Positions 29,428-39,574 of a stretch of DNA of 64,000 bases are shown piece by piece (the stretch's first letter is position 1; every line of letters starts with the position of its first letter). Below the pieces are notes generated by a model that worked only from the letters and a program-made list of their open reading frames with translations, was not told the DNA's origin and made no database searches. The translations under genes were made by a program, and so were the position numbers. Origin of the DNA: Candidatus Rokuibacteriota bacterium (GTDB lineage: Bacteria; Methylomirabilota; Methylomirabilia; Rokubacteriales; CSP1-6); the NCBI GenBank assembly GCA_003220315.1, contig QHSA01000133.1, positions 14,843 to 78,842 of the forward strand, read 5' to 3'.

Positions 29428-31487
29428 TCCAACTCCACCAGGAGACTCGCGTACTCGTCCACAGCCGCCGAGGCGCCGGGCGGAAGGACGGTCGTGGACT
29501 CGCGCTCCTCCACGATCGCCGGCCCCGTGAGGCGCGCCCCTGCCGCGAGCGCGTAGCGGTCGTAGACCGGCGTGTCCACGTAGCCGCGCGCCTCGGGAAA
29601 GTAGGCGCGACGGCTCCCCTTCACCGCGCGGCCACGGTCCTCGGTCTGCGCCTTCGCGAGCGCGATGCGGGGCGAGCCGCCGACCGCCGAGAGCTTCCAC
29701 GTGACGACCTCCACGGGCTCGCGCGGGTTCGCATAGCCGTAGCGGGCGGCGTAGACCTCGTCGAACGTCGCGCGCACCCGGGCGAGCGCGGCGGCGTCGA
29801 GCTCGCCCGACGGCACGGGAACGGTCAGCTCGTACCCCTGGCCCACGTAGCGCGCGTCGGCCGAGCGCGCCACGTGGATCTCACCGGCGACGGCGGACTC
29901 GCGGACGACCTCCGTCGCCTGCCGCGCCATCTCCGCGTACATCCGACCGAGCTGCGCGAGATCCACGGCGTCGAGCCGGCGGACGTAAGTGCGCGCCACG
30001 TCGAACCGGAGCTCCGCGGCCAGCAGGCCGATCGCGGCCGTGACCCCGGCGGCCGCGGGGAGAATCACGCGCGGGATGCCGAGCGCCTGGGCGAGTCGGC
30101 AGCCGTGCACGGGGCCCGAGCCGCCGAAGGCGACGAACGTGAGGTCGCGCGGGTCGCGGCCGCGCTCGATCGAGACCACGCGGGTCGCCAGCTCCATGTT
30201 GGTGGTGACGATCGCGTGGATCCCCCACGCCGCGTCCTCGAGCGACAGGCCGAGCGGCGCCGCGACCTTCGTCTCGATCGCCCGCGTCGCCGCCGCCGGC
30301 TCGAGCTTGACCGAGCCGCCCGCGAAGTAGTCGGGGTTGATATAGCCGAGCACCACGTTCGCGTCGGTGACCGTGGGCTCGACACCACCGCGCCCGTAGC
30401 AGACGGGCCCCGGCACCGACGAGGCGCTCTCCGGGCCCACGGCGATCACGCCGAGCCGCGCGCGGGCGATCGAGCCGCCGCCCGCACCGATCTCGACGAG
30501 GTCGATCGCCTGAATGTTCATCGGCAGGCCGCTGCCCGGGGCGTTGTTGACGCGGTGGAGCTCGAACGCCGTCGTCGTGGAGGGCCGCCCGCGCTCGACG
30601 AGTGCGAGCTTGGCGGTCGTGCCCCCCATGTCGAACGCGATCAGGTCGCGGTGGCCGGTGAGCTCGCCGTACGCCGCCGCCATCAGGGCGCCCGCGGCGG
30701 GACCCGACTCGATCATCCGCACGGGGTAGCGCTGCATCGCCTCCGCCGTCGCGACGCCGCCGGAGGACTGCATGACGAAGAGCCGGCCCCGGTAGCCGCG
30801 CTCGGCCAGGGCGGCGGCGAGCCCGCGCAGGTACTCGCGCACGGCCGTCATCACGTAAGCGTTGACCACGGTCGTCGAGGTCCGCTCGTATTCGCGGAAG
30901 GTCGGCGACACCTCGTGCGACATCGTCACCGTCACGTGCGGAGCCTCTTCTCCGACGATCTCCGCCAGGCGCCGCTCGTGGAGGGGGTTCAGGTACGCGT
31001 GCAGGAGGCAGATCGCGAGGGTCGTGACCTCGCGCGCGACGAGCTCGCGGACGGCCCGACGGGCGTCGGCCTCGTCGAGCGGGCTCCGCACCGAGCCGTC
31101 CGCCAGGACGCGCTCGGTCACCTCGCCGATCAACCGGCGAGGGATCAGCGGCGCGGGCTTCTCGATCTGGAGGTCGTAGACCTGGTAGCGCTTCTCGCGC
31201 CCGATCAGGAGCACGTCGCGGAAGCCCCGCGTGGTGAGGAGCCCGACGCCTCGCGCCTTGCGCTCGATGACGACATTGGAGCCGAGTGTCGTCCCGTGGA
31301 CCGCCTGGGCCACGTCGCGCCACGTGACACCGCTCCGGGCGACGAGCTCGTCGAGCCCCGCGAGGCAGGCCTCGGAGGGGTCCGGGTAGGTCGTCAGCCG
31401 CTTCGCGATGAGGAGCTCCCCCGACGGCGACTGCAGCACCAAGTCGGTGAACGTCCCCCCGACGTCGAACCCGATCCGGTAGGGCAT
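29424..31487 (-). CDS. hyuA: hydantoinase A/oxoprolinase family subunit
   Basis: DVGGTFTD, HGTT, EYER.STT, SGPAAG, DMGGTT, GAGGGSIA, GPA..EE..STT. Confidence 0.93.
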   Translation of the reverse strand: MPYRIGFDVGGTFTDLVLQSPSGELLIAKRLTTYPDPSEACLAGLDELVARSGVTWRDVAQAVHGTTLGSNVVIERKARGVGLLTTRGFRDVLLIGREKRYQVYDLQIEKPAPLIPRRLIGEVTERVLADGSVRSPLDEADARRAVRELVAREVTTLAICLLHAYLNPLHERRLAEIVGEEAPHVTVTMSHEVSPTFREYERTSTTVVNAYVMTAVREYLRGLAAALAERGYRGRLFVMQSSGGVATAEAMQRYPVRMIESGPAAGALMAAAYGELTGHRDLIAFDMGGTTAKLALVERGRPSTTTAFELHRVNNAPGSGLPMNIQAIDLVEIGAGGGSIARARLGVIAVGPESASSVPGPVCYGRGGVEPTVTDANVVLGYINPDYFAGGSVKLEPAAATRAIETKVAAPLGLSLEDAAWGIHAIVTTNMELATRVVSIERGRDPRDLTFVAFGGSGPVHGCRLAQALGIPRVILPAAAGVTAAIGLLAAELRFDVARTYVRRLDAVDLAQLGRMYAEMARQATEVVRESAVAGEIHVARSADARYVGQGYELTVPVPSGELDAAALARVRATFDEVYAARYGYANPREPVEVVTWKLSAVGGSPRIALAKAQTEDRGRAVKGSRRAYFPEARGYVDTPVYDRYALAAGARLTGPAIVEERESTTVLPPGASAAVDEYASLLVELE

Positions 31488-31567
31488 TATTGGTGGCCTG
31501 AGACGAGGTGCGCCCCGGCTCCGTTCCGCCCGCCGCTTCCCATTCCAGCGAGCCGCAAGGCCGGCAT
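31487..31567 (-). repeat. partial family B repeat carrying a 26-aa bridging ORF
   Basis: GGTGGCCTGAGACGAGGTGCGCCCCGGCTCCG. ORF MPALRLAGMGSGGRNGAGAHLVSGHQ* ends in a TAATG overlap with hyuA. Confidence 0.8.
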
Positions 31568-31568
31568 G

Positions 31569-32294
31569 CTAGCTCCGGCGTTCGGCTCGGGAGAGGACGA
31601 GACGATAGGGGTAGCGCCGGGGCGTCTGGTAGGTCATCGCGTACTCGACCGGCTCACCACTCGCCGCAAAGTACGTGCGCTCGAAGAGGAGCAGTGGCGT
31701 GCGCGGCCGCACCTGGAGCAGCTCGGCGATCTGCCGCGGCGCGAGGGCCGCGTCGACCACCTGCTCCATGAGCTTGATCGGCACGCCGAGCACGCGCTCG
31801 ATCGCGCCGATGAGCGAGGTCTTCGAGAGGTCCTCGTCGGAGAGCGCCGTGCCGATCGTGAGCGGCACGTACGCGGTCACGTGCTGGAAGGGTCCGTTGT
31901 CCGCGTGGCGGACGCCGCTGATCTGGTAGACCGACGAGCGCGGCGGCAGACGCAGCGCGTGCGCGATGTTTGCCGGGACCGGGACGATCTCGCGCGCCAC
32001 CAGCTTGAACCACGACTCGTCGCCGAGCGCCATCATGTCGCCGACCGAGCCGATCACGCGGAGCTTCGGGTCGGCTCCCGCCGACGGCGTCGAGAAGGTC
32101 CCGCGCCCGGCGTGACGGTAGAGGAGCCCCTCCTCCACGAGGACGTCGAGCGCCTGCCGGATGGTCGGCCGGCTGACCTTGAAGCGCTTGCAGAGCGCGT
32201 GCTCGGAGGGGATGCGCTCGCCCTCCCCGCGCAGATCCTGGCGGATCGCGTCGGCGATCTGGAGGTACCGGGGAATCCCTGGACGGTAGTTCAC
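31569..32294 (-). CDS. GntR family (HutC/UTRA) transcriptional regulator
   Basis: PRYLQIA, IPSE..L...F.VSR.TIRQAL, GRGTF; C-terminal UTRA domain. Confidence 0.93.
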   Translation of the reverse strand: MNYRPGIPRYLQIADAIRQDLRGEGERIPSEHALCKRFKVSRPTIRQALDVLVEEGLLYRHAGRGTFSTPSAGADPKLRVIGSVGDMMALGDESWFKLVAREIVPVPANIAHALRLPPRSSVYQISGVRHADNGPFQHVTAYVPLTIGTALSDEDLSKTSLIGAIERVLGVPIKLMEQVVDAALAPRQIAELLQVRPRTPLLLFERTYFAASGEPVEYAMTYQTPRRYPYRLVLSRAERRS

Positions 32295-32316
32295 GCGCCG
32301 AACCTCCCGCTGTCAG

Positions 32317-32355
32317 GATGTCTAGACATCTAGCACCCCGCCTCTACGTCGTCAA
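32317..32355 (-). promoter_or_regulatory. GntR operator palindrome overlapping a sigma70 promoter
   Basis: Perfect palindrome GATGTCTAGACATC (32317-32330, HutC-type GT-N-TA-N-AC core); minus-strand TTGACG-17 nt-TAGATG. Confidence 0.7.
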
Positions 32356-32382
32356 CGACCGAGACGGATGCCACCGTGCGGA

Positions 32383-33012
32383 TCACCCACACGCGAGCAT
32401 CGCGCGCACCTCGTCGTCCGGCACGGGCGAGAAGTCGAGGTAGTACTGCCCGACGGCCTGGAACTCCGGGTCGACGACGAGGCTCACGAAGCGATCGGCG
32501 GCGCGCTCGAATTCTCCCGCGGCCTGCGCGGAGGCGCAGGGCACCGCCACGGTAACGTCGCGCGCCCCGTGTCGGCGCGCGTACGCGAGGGCGACGCGCA
32601 TCGTGAGGCCAGTGGCGAGGCCGTCGTCCACCAGCACCACGCCGGGGCCCGGGAGGTGGGCGCCGAGGGACCGCGCGCCGTACGCCGCCATCCGGCGCTG
32701 GATCTCTCCGCGCACCCGGGCCTTCGCCTGCTCCACCTCCGCCGGCGAGAGCCCGAGCATCGCGACCGACTCGGCCTTGACGTACGCCTCGCCGTCCTCG
32801 TCGAGCGCGCCGAAGGCGAACTCGGGCGCGACCGCCGCGGTCAGCTTGCCCGCGTAAACGAGCGCGAGCGGCGCGCGGAACCGCTCGACAAGGGGCAGGG
32901 CGACCGTCACGCCGCCCCGCGGGATCGCGCCGACGACGAAGGGCGGCGCCGGCGTCGGGACCAGCGCGTCGGCGAGCGCTCGCCCGGCGTCGGCCCGGTC
33001 CCGGAAGGTCAT
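32383..33012 (-). CDS. phosphoribosyltransferase-like protein
   Basis: FRDR.DAGR.LA, PRGGV, VLVDDGLATG, AVGQYY.DF. Confidence 0.9.
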   Translation of the reverse strand: MTFRDRADAGRALADALVPTPAPPFVVGAIPRGGVTVALPLVERFRAPLALVYAGKLTAAVAPEFAFGALDEDGEAYVKAESVAMLGLSPAEVEQAKARVRGEIQRRMAAYGARSLGAHLPGPGVVLVDDGLATGLTMRVALAYARRHGARDVTVAVPCASAQAAGEFERAADRFVSLVVDPEFQAVGQYYLDFSPVPDDEVRAMLACG

Positions 33013-33051
33013 GGCGCCTCGGCGTTCATCGGCTCGCTTCGGACGGCGGGG

Positions 33052-34200
33052 CTAGGCGCGCACCAGCTCGCGCGCGATCACGACCCGCTGGATCTGGTTC
33101 GTGCCCTCGTAGATCTGCGTGATCTTGGCGTCGCGCATGAAGCGCTCGACGGGATACTCGCGCGTGTAGCCGTAGCCGCCGAAGATCTGCACGGCGTCCG
33201 TCGTGACCCGCATCGCCGCGTCGCCCGCGAAGCACTTGGCCATCGACGACTCGAACGCCGTGCGGGGAGCGCCGCGGTCCAGGAGCGCTGCGGCGTGGTG
33301 GACCATGAGGCGCGCCCCGTGCGTCTGCATCGCCATGTCCGCGAGCATGAACTGAATCCCCTGGAAGGCCGCGATCGGCTGGCCGAACTGCTGCCGCTCT
33401 TTGGCGTAGGCGACGGCGGCGTCGAGCGCGGCCTGGGCGATCCCCACGGCCTGGGCGCCCACGGCCGGGCGCGAGCCGTCCAGGACGCGCAGCGCGATCC
33501 TGAACCCCTCGCCCTCGTCGCCGAGACGGTTCTCGACGGGCACCTCGCAGTCGCTCAGATGGAGCGCAACCGTCGGGGACCCGCGAATCCCCAGCTTGCG
33601 CTCGAGCTTGCCGAGGGCGAACCCGGGGAACGTCGGCTCGACCAGGAACGCGGTGACCCCGCGGTGGCCCTTGCCGCGGTCCACGGTGGCGAAGAGGGTG
33701 ATGACGCCGGCGTGACTGCCGTTCGTGACCCACATCTTGGTCCCGTTGAGAAGGTAGCGGTCGCCCCGGCGCACGGCGGTCGTCGTGAGCGCGCCGGCGT
33801 CGGACCCGGCGCCAGGCTCCGAGAGGGAGAACGCCGCGGTGATCTCGCCCGCAGCGAGCCGCGGCAGGTAGCGCCGCTTCTGCGCCTCGCTGCCTGCCGT
33901 GACGATCGGGAACCCGCCGGTGTACTGGACGAGATAGATGACGGCGGTGGACGCACACGCCCAGGCAATCTCCTCGACCGCCAGGCAGAAGGCGAGCGCG
34001 CCGAGCCCGGCGCCGCCGTAGGCCTCGGGGATGTAGAGCCCCATGAGCCCCTGCTCGCCGAGTGACGTGAGCTGGTCGGTCGGATACGTCTCCGTCTCGT
34101 CCACCTGCGCGGCGAGTGGCGCGACCCGTTCGCGGGCGAGAGCCCGGACGAGGTCGCGCACCTGGCGCTGCTCGGCGGTCAGATCGAAGAGGTCGCGCAT
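33052..34200 (-). CDS. acyl-CoA dehydrogenase
   Basis: [37 protein letters not shown]. Confidence 0.95.
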   Translation of the reverse strand: MRDLFDLTAEQRQVRDLVRALARERVAPLAAQVDETETYPTDQLTSLGEQGLMGLYIPEAYGGAGLGALAFCLAVEEIAWACASTAVIYLVQYTGGFPIVTAGSEAQKRRYLPRLAAGEITAAFSLSEPGAGSDAGALTTTAVRRGDRYLLNGTKMWVTNGSHAGVITLFATVDRGKGHRGVTAFLVEPTFPGFALGKLERKLGIRGSPTVALHLSDCEVPVENRLGDEGEGFRIALRVLDGSRPAVGAQAVGIAQAALDAAVAYAKERQQFGQPIAAFQGIQFMLADMAMQTHGARLMVHHAAALLDRGAPRTAFESSMAKCFAGDAAMRVTTDAVQIFGGYGYTREYPVERFMRDAKITQIYEGTNQIQRVVIARELVRA

Positions 34201-34332
34201 TCCGGAAGCATTATCGGCCACACCGGGCCCGCTGACAATTCTCGTCACGCCGGCCGTGTAACTTTGGGTCATGCGCGAGGCGGCCGGTGCGGCGCCCTCG
34301 GGCAAGTGCTTGAGTTCCCGAACCCCCCATCG

Positions 34333-34349
34333 TTGGCACCGGCCGTGCA
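34333..34349 (+). promoter_or_regulatory. candidate sigma54 promoter
   Basis: TTGGCAC-N5-GTGCA just upstream of the glycosyltransferase. Confidence 0.55.
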
Positions 34350-34361
34350 TTTTTCGCTGAC

Positions 34362-35162
34362 GTGAAATCAGACGCGAAGGTCATCGTGGTCATGCCCGCG
34401 TACAACGCGGGCCGCACCCTTCGGATGACGTACGAGGAGCTGCCCAAGGACGCCGTCAGCATGGTGATCCTCGTGGACGACGGCTCGACCGACGCGACGC
34501 TCGAGATCGCCCGGCAGCTCGGGCTGGAGATCTTCGTCCACAACCGGAATTACGGCTACGGCGCCAACCAGAAGACCTGCTACGCGGAAGCGCTCCGCGC
34601 CGGAGCCGACGTCGTCGTCATGGTTCACCCCGACTATCAGTACGACCCGCGGCTCGTCCCTCAGATCATCGAGCCGATCCTCCGCGGCGAGGCCGACGTG
34701 GTGCTGGGCTCACGGCTCAAGACGGGCTCGGCGCTCCGGCAGGGGATGCCGTGGTGGAAGTACGTCTCGAACCGCTTCCTCACGGCGCTCGAGAACCGGG
34801 CGTTCCGCCTCCGGCTCTCGGAGTTCCACACCGGATACCGCGCGTTTCGCCGCGAGGTGCTCGAGCGCGTGAACTTCGTCCTGAACTCCGACGGCTTCGT
34901 CTTCGACCAGGAGATCATCGCGCAGGTCGTGGCCGCGCGCTTCCGGATCGCCGAGATCGCGGTCCCGACGCGCTATTTTCCCGAGGCGTCGTCGGCGAGC
35001 TTCTGGGCGTCGATCACGTACGGGCTCTCCATCCTCGTCCTGCTCGCGCGCTACGTCCTCCACCGTCGAGAGCTCCTGCGGACCCGCCGCTTCGACAGCC
35101 TCCGTGGCCGCTACACGCGCCTCGCGCCGCCGGAGCGCGTCGCGGCCCGCGCGCGCTCTTGA
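34362..35162 (+). CDS. glycosyltransferase family 2 (DPM/DPG synthase-like)
   Basis: VMPAYN, VDDGSTD, N.GYGANQK, HPDYQY, GSR. Confidence 0.92.
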   Translation: MKSDAKVIVVMPAYNAGRTLRMTYEELPKDAVSMVILVDDGSTDATLEIARQLGLEIFVHNRNYGYGANQKTCYAEALRAGADVVVMVHPDYQYDPRLVPQIIEPILRGEADVVLGSRLKTGSALRQGMPWWKYVSNRFLTALENRAFRLRLSEFHTGYRAFRREVLERVNFVLNSDGFVFDQEIIAQVVAARFRIAEIAVPTRYFPEASSASFWASITYGLSILVLLARYVLHRRELLRTRRFDSLRGRYTRLAPPERVAARARS

Positions 35163-35290
35163 CGATCCCCCGCCCCTAGACGATCATCGGGCGTCGCTCG
35201 GTCGTCCCACCCGACGCGGAGCCCGTGCACCTCCGGCAGGCCACCTGCCGTGGAGGTGGGCACCCGGCCCCCGCGACAAGGAGACGCGCC

Positions 35291-36418
35291 ATGGCGGAGC
35301 TCGCGGCGACGAAGCGTCTGGTCACGACCCTCGCGATCCTCGTCCTCGTCCTCGCGGCCGGCTTCTATGCGGTCGCCCAGCAGATGGACGAGTCGAAGCG
35401 CGACCGCACCGTCCCCGTGCTCGGCGGTAAGTACCACGTGCTGCCGGCGACGCTCGAGACGACGCAGTGGGGCTGGCTCGACCCCAAGGAGCCGCCCAAG
35501 CTCGTCGTCAACTCCGGCGACACGGTCGCGGTCGAGACGATGATGCACGCGCACAACAAGATCCAGCCCGGGACGACGATGGAGGAGATCGTCGCCCTCC
35601 GCAAGGCGAACCCGGGGGGCGGGCCCCACTCCCTGACCGGGCCGATCTACGTGAACGGCGCCGAGCCCGGCGACGTGATGGAGATCCGGATCCTCAAGAT
35701 CACTCCCAAGGCGTTCGGCGTGAACTTCAACCTCCCCGGCAGGGAGTTCCCGACGATCGGCGCGCTCGCCTCAGAGATGCCCGACGGCTTCGTCAGGTAC
35801 TTCTACCTCGACTGGGACAAGCGTCAGGCGGAGTTCAAGCCCGGCATCGTCGTCGACCTCCAGCCGTTCCCGGGGACGCTGGCCGTCGGCATCGACCCCA
35901 AGGACCCCTCGCCGCGCAAGGGCGGCGCGACCGATCCGATGGCGCCGGTGTCGACGCTCCGGCCCTGGAAGAACGGCTCGAACATGGACATCAACGAGCT
36001 GCAGGAGGGCACGACGATCTACATCCCGATCTTCCTCAAGGGCGGCCTCGTCTGGACGGGCGATTCCCACTGCCGCCAGGGCAATGGCGAGGTCAACCTC
36101 ACCGCGCTCGAGTGCGCCTACCGCGAGATCGTGATGCAGCTCATCGTGCGCAAGGACCTGAAGCTCGACTGGCCGCGCGTGGAGACGAAGACGCACTGGA
36201 TCATGCTGGGCTTCGACGAGGACCTCAACCGGGCGATGGTGAGCGCCGTCCGCGAGACCGTCGACTTCCTCGCGAGCCAGAAGATGGCGCCGCTGACCCG
36301 CTACGAGGCTTACTCGCTCGTCTCGATGGTGGGCGACTGCCGCGTGACGCAGGTGGTGGACGTGCGCAAGGGTGTCCACTGCATGATCCCGAAGTCGATC
36401 TTCGTCAAGCCGTCGTAG
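35291..36418 (+). CDS. acetamidase/formamidase family protein with N-terminal TM/signal helix
   Basis: HSLTGPIYV.GAEPGD, NMD...L..G, GDSH..QG.GEV..TALE; AAGGAG RBS. Confidence 0.88.
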   Translation: MAELAATKRLVTTLAILVLVLAAGFYAVAQQMDESKRDRTVPVLGGKYHVLPATLETTQWGWLDPKEPPKLVVNSGDTVAVETMMHAHNKIQPGTTMEEIVALRKANPGGGPHSLTGPIYVNGAEPGDVMEIRILKITPKAFGVNFNLPGREFPTIGALASEMPDGFVRYFYLDWDKRQAEFKPGIVVDLQPFPGTLAVGIDPKDPSPRKGGATDPMAPVSTLRPWKNGSNMDINELQEGTTIYIPIFLKGGLVWTGDSHCRQGNGEVNLTALECAYREIVMQLIVRKDLKLDWPRVETKTHWIMLGFDEDLNRAMVSAVRETVDFLASQKMAPLTRYEAYSLVSMVGDCRVTQVVDVRKGVHCMIPKSIFVKPS

Positions 36419-36419
36419 G

Positions 36420-37319
36420 GTGCGCGCCGCGCTGCTGGTCCTGCTCGCGGCCGTCCCGGCCTGGGCGGGCGGCGCGCTCTCCGTCGTGACGACCTCGACC
36501 GACCTCCAGGCCCTCGTCGAGGCCGTCGGCGGCGACCGCGTGCGGGTCGAGAGCCTGGCGCCCGCCGCGCACGAGCCGCACGCGGTTACAGTCACGCCCG
36601 GGCAGTTCGAGAAGCTCAAGGCCGCCGCGCTCCTCGTGCGGATCGGGCTCGACCACGAGCCCTGGCTCGCCCGCGTCCTCCGCGCCGCGAACGATCCCCG
36701 CTTCGCGCCGGGGAGCGCGCACGACCTCGACGTCTCGAAGTCCGTCGACCTGCTCCAGACGGCGACCGCGCGCGTGAGGGGCGAAGGGGTTGCCCACGTC
36801 CACGGCTTCGGCAACCCGCACTACTGGCTCGATCCCGCGAACGCGCGGCCGATGACCGGGGCGATCCTCGAGGCCCTCGTCCGGCTGGCGCCGGACGGCC
36901 GCGACGTCTTCGCCAAGAACCGCGCGCGCTGGCTCGCGCGGCTCGACGACTCGCTCGCCCGCTGGACACGGGCGCTGGCGCCCTATCGCGGCACGCGCGC
37001 CGTCGTCGTGCACGACAGCTGGCCGTACTTCGCCCGACGCTTCGGGCTCGTCGTCGTCGCCGCGGTCGAGCCCGCGCCCGGCGTGCCCCCGTCGGCGGCG
37101 TCGCTCGCTGCGCTCACCGCGAAGATGCGCCAGGCGCGGGTCCGGCTCGTGATCGGCGAGCCGTCGTCGAACGCGTCACTCGTGAGTCACGTGGCGGCGC
37201 GCGGCGGCGCCCGGGCGGTCGTGCTCGTCCCCTCCGTCGGGGCCGACCCCGAGGCGGGCGACTACGTAGCCCTCTTCGAGCTCGACGTGCGGCGCCTCGT
37301 CGAGGCGCTCGGACCGTGA
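36420..37319 (+). CDS. metal ABC transporter substrate-binding protein (ZnuA/TroA-like)
   Basis: EPH, GNPHYWLDP, HDSW.YF. Confidence 0.9.
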   Translation: MRAALLVLLAAVPAWAGGALSVVTTSTDLQALVEAVGGDRVRVESLAPAAHEPHAVTVTPGQFEKLKAAALLVRIGLDHEPWLARVLRAANDPRFAPGSAHDLDVSKSVDLLQTATARVRGEGVAHVHGFGNPHYWLDPANARPMTGAILEALVRLAPDGRDVFAKNRARWLARLDDSLARWTRALAPYRGTRAVVVHDSWPYFARRFGLVVVAAVEPAPGVPPSAASLAALTAKMRQARVRLVIGEPSSNASLVSHVAARGGARAVVLVPSVGADPEAGDYVALFELDVRRLVEALGP

Positions 37320-38593
37320 TCGAGTTCCTCGCGCTCCCGTTCCTCGCCTGCCTCGTGCTCACCGCGATCCACGTCTACCTCGGGCTCCACGTGCTCGCGC
37401 GTGGCGTCATCTTCGTGGACCTGGCGCTCGCCCAGACGGCGGCCCTCGGGATCACCGTCGCCCTCCTCGCGGGCCACGCGATCCAGAGCGACGCGGCGTA
37501 CTGGTACGCGCTCGTCTTCACACTGGCGGGCGCCGGGCTCTTCGCCGTGAGCCGGACACATCGCGGACGTGTTCCGCAGGAGGCCCTCATCGGTATCGTC
37601 TACGCGGTGTCGGCTGCGGCGGCCGTGCTCGTCGTGGATCGGGCCCCGCAGGGGAACGAGCACATCAAGCAGCTCCTGGTGGGAAGCATCCTGACGGTCA
37701 CGGGGGACGAGGTGCGCGCGCTCGCCCTCCTCTACGCCCTGATCGGCGCCATTCATTGGGTCGTGCGCCGCCCGCTCCTCCGCATCTCGTTCGACCCGAA
37801 CGGCGCCGCCGGGCGGCACGCGGTCCGCGCGTGGGACTTCGTTTTCTACGCCTCGTTCGGGCTGGTGGTGACCAGCTCGGTGCGAGTCGCGGGCGTGCTC
37901 CTCGTCTTCTCGTACCTCGTCGTGCCCGCGACGGTGGGGGCGTTGCTCACGGGCTCCGTGCGCGGCCGCCTCCTCCTCGGCTGGGCCGCGGGCGCCGGGG
38001 TGAGCGCCGCAGGGCTCGCGGCCTCCTACGCCTGGGACCTCCCGACCGGCGCCACCGTGGTCACGACCTTCGGCGCGTTGCTCGCCGTGGTCGGGCTGGC
38101 GCTCGCGGCGCGCGGGCTCGGCCGCGCGGTCCGGACGCGCGGCGCCTCGGCGCTCCGCTCGCTCGGCGCCGGCGCGTGCGCCCTCGTCGCGCTTGCCGGA
38201 CTCCTCGTGGCGCTCTTCCCGCGAATGGACCATGTCTGGCTCGACTGGATCGAGGCGCCCCTGCCCGTCGTCGAGCTCGCGTTCCTCACGCCGCGGGAGC
38301 GCGAGACGTACCGCGAGAGCCACGCGGCGATCGCGCAGGCCACCGCCGACCTCGCGCGGCTACGCGCGCTGCAGCAGGAGGTCCTGTGGGGCGCCCGAGC
38401 GATGCCCGAGGAGACGACGGAGCGGCTCAGGCAGTTCGTGGCGGGCCGGAGCGAGCTCACGGCTGGCGACCGGATGGTGCTACGCACCCTGCGGACCAGG
38501 GCCCGCGAGCGCCAGCGCTACTGGATCGGCGTCCCGTTGCTCCTCGCCGGTGCCGTCGGCGCCCTCGTCCTCGCGCGCGCCCGCCGCGTCTAA
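37316..38593 (+). CDS. metal ABC transporter permease (ZnuB-like) with C-terminal extension
   Basis: LGLHVLARGVIFVDLALAQ, LVGSIL, GVLLVFSYLVVPA. Confidence 0.85.
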   Translation: MIEFLALPFLACLVLTAIHVYLGLHVLARGVIFVDLALAQTAALGITVALLAGHAIQSDAAYWYALVFTLAGAGLFAVSRTHRGRVPQEALIGIVYAVSAAAAVLVVDRAPQGNEHIKQLLVGSILTVTGDEVRALALLYALIGAIHWVVRRPLLRISFDPNGAAGRHAVRAWDFVFYASFGLVVTSSVRVAGVLLVFSYLVVPATVGALLTGSVRGRLLLGWAAGAGVSAAGLAASYAWDLPTGATVVTTFGALLAVVGLALAARGLGRAVRTRGASALRSLGAGACALVALAGLLVALFPRMDHVWLDWIEAPLPVVELAFLTPRERETYRESHAAIAQATADLARLRALQQEVLWGARAMPEETTERLRQFVAGRSELTAGDRMVLRTLRTRARERQRYWIGVPLLLAGAVGALVLARARRV

Positions 38594-38600
38594 CCCGTGC

Positions 38601-38688
38601 GTCGGAATCACCGCTGTTCGAGCGCCGGCTCCGCCGGCGCAACCGATCCGGGGGGAGGCATCGGAAGGGGGGCGAAGCCCCCCTCCGA
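38601..38688. repeat. family C hairpin element between convergent genes (possible terminator)
   Basis: GTCGG...TTCGAGCGCCGGCTCCGCCGGCGCAACCGATCC...TCGGAAGGGGGGCGAAGCCCCCCTCCGA, homologous to 20506-20596 and 27455-27545. Confidence 0.85.
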
Positions 38689-38693
38689 GTTAC

Positions 38694-39548
38694 CTAGCCC
38701 GTGTAGGCGTAGAAGCCGCGGCCCGTCTTCCGTCCGAGGTGGCCCGCGATCACCATGCGCTTGAGAAGCGGCGGCGGCGCGTAGCGAGGCTCGCGGAACT
38801 CCTCGAACATCACCTCGGCGACGTACATCGCGGTGTCGAGCCCGACGAGGTCCAGGAGCGTGAACGGCCCCATGGGGTAGCCACAGCCGAGCTTCATCGC
38901 CGTGTCGATGTCCTCGAGCGAGGCGAGGCCGCTCTCGTAAAGCCGGACCGCGTCGAGCAGGTACGGCACGAGCAACCGATTCACGATGAACGCCGTCGAG
39001 TCCTTCGTCTGGACCGGGGTCTTGCCGACCGCGCGGACCCACTCGGTCGCCGTCGCGACCACCGCCTCGTCGGTCAGGATCGTCCGCGCCACCTCCACGA
39101 GCTTCATCAGCGGCACGGGGTTGAAGAAGTGGAGCCCGAGGACCTGGCGGGGGCGCGTGGTCGCCGCGGCCAGGGCCGTGACGTTGCACGACGAGGTGTT
39201 GGTCGCCAGGATCGCGTGGGGCGGGCAGATCCGGTCGAGCTTCGCAAAGGTCTCGTTCTTGAGCTGCTGGTTCTCCGTCATGGCCTCGACGACGAGGTCG
39301 CACCCCTTGAGGTCCTCGAGTCGCGGCGTGCCGCCGATGCGCGCGAGCGCGGCGTCTTTCGTGGCGGCGTCGAGCTTGCCCTTCGCCGCGAGCCCCTCGA
39401 AGACCTCACGGAGCCGGCTGAGGCCCCGCTTGACCAGCTCGGCACTCGCCTCGACGAAGAGCACGGGGAACCCCGCCTGGGCCGCGACCTGGGCGATGCC
39501 CGAGCCCATGAGACCACAGCCGATGACGCCGACGTTTTTGATGGTCAT
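38694..39548 (-). CDS. hbd: 3-hydroxybutyryl-CoA dehydrogenase
   Basis: GCGLMGSGIA, TNTSS, HFFNPVPLMKLVE, FIVNRLL, PMGP..L.D..GLD. Confidence 0.92.
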   Translation of the reverse strand: MTIKNVGVIGCGLMGSGIAQVAAQAGFPVLFVEASAELVKRGLSRLREVFEGLAAKGKLDAATKDAALARIGGTPRLEDLKGCDLVVEAMTENQQLKNETFAKLDRICPPHAILATNTSSCNVTALAAATTRPRQVLGLHFFNPVPLMKLVEVARTILTDEAVVATATEWVRAVGKTPVQTKDSTAFIVNRLLVPYLLDAVRLYESGLASLEDIDTAMKLGCGYPMGPFTLLDLVGLDTAMYVAEVMFEEFREPRYAPPPLLKRMVIAGHLGRKTGRGFYAYTG

Positions 39549-39574
39549 GAGCGTCTCCCGGGGGCCGGCGGAGG

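Noticed and set aside
774..32333. Long plus-strand ORFs (e.g. 774-3374, 16131-18506, 29394-32333) and minus-strand 49582-52563
   Set aside because: Antisense shadows of real genes caused by high GC3; no motifs.
33009..33051. Mini-ORF MNAEAP* overlapping the phosphoribosyltransferase start
   Set aside because: It starts 22 nt after the upstream stop, so it is coupled at one end only and may be chance.
35163..35290. Known guanidine riboswitch upstream of the amidase
   Set aside because: No ykkC or ACGR-loop consensus recognised; kept only as an unspecified structured leader.
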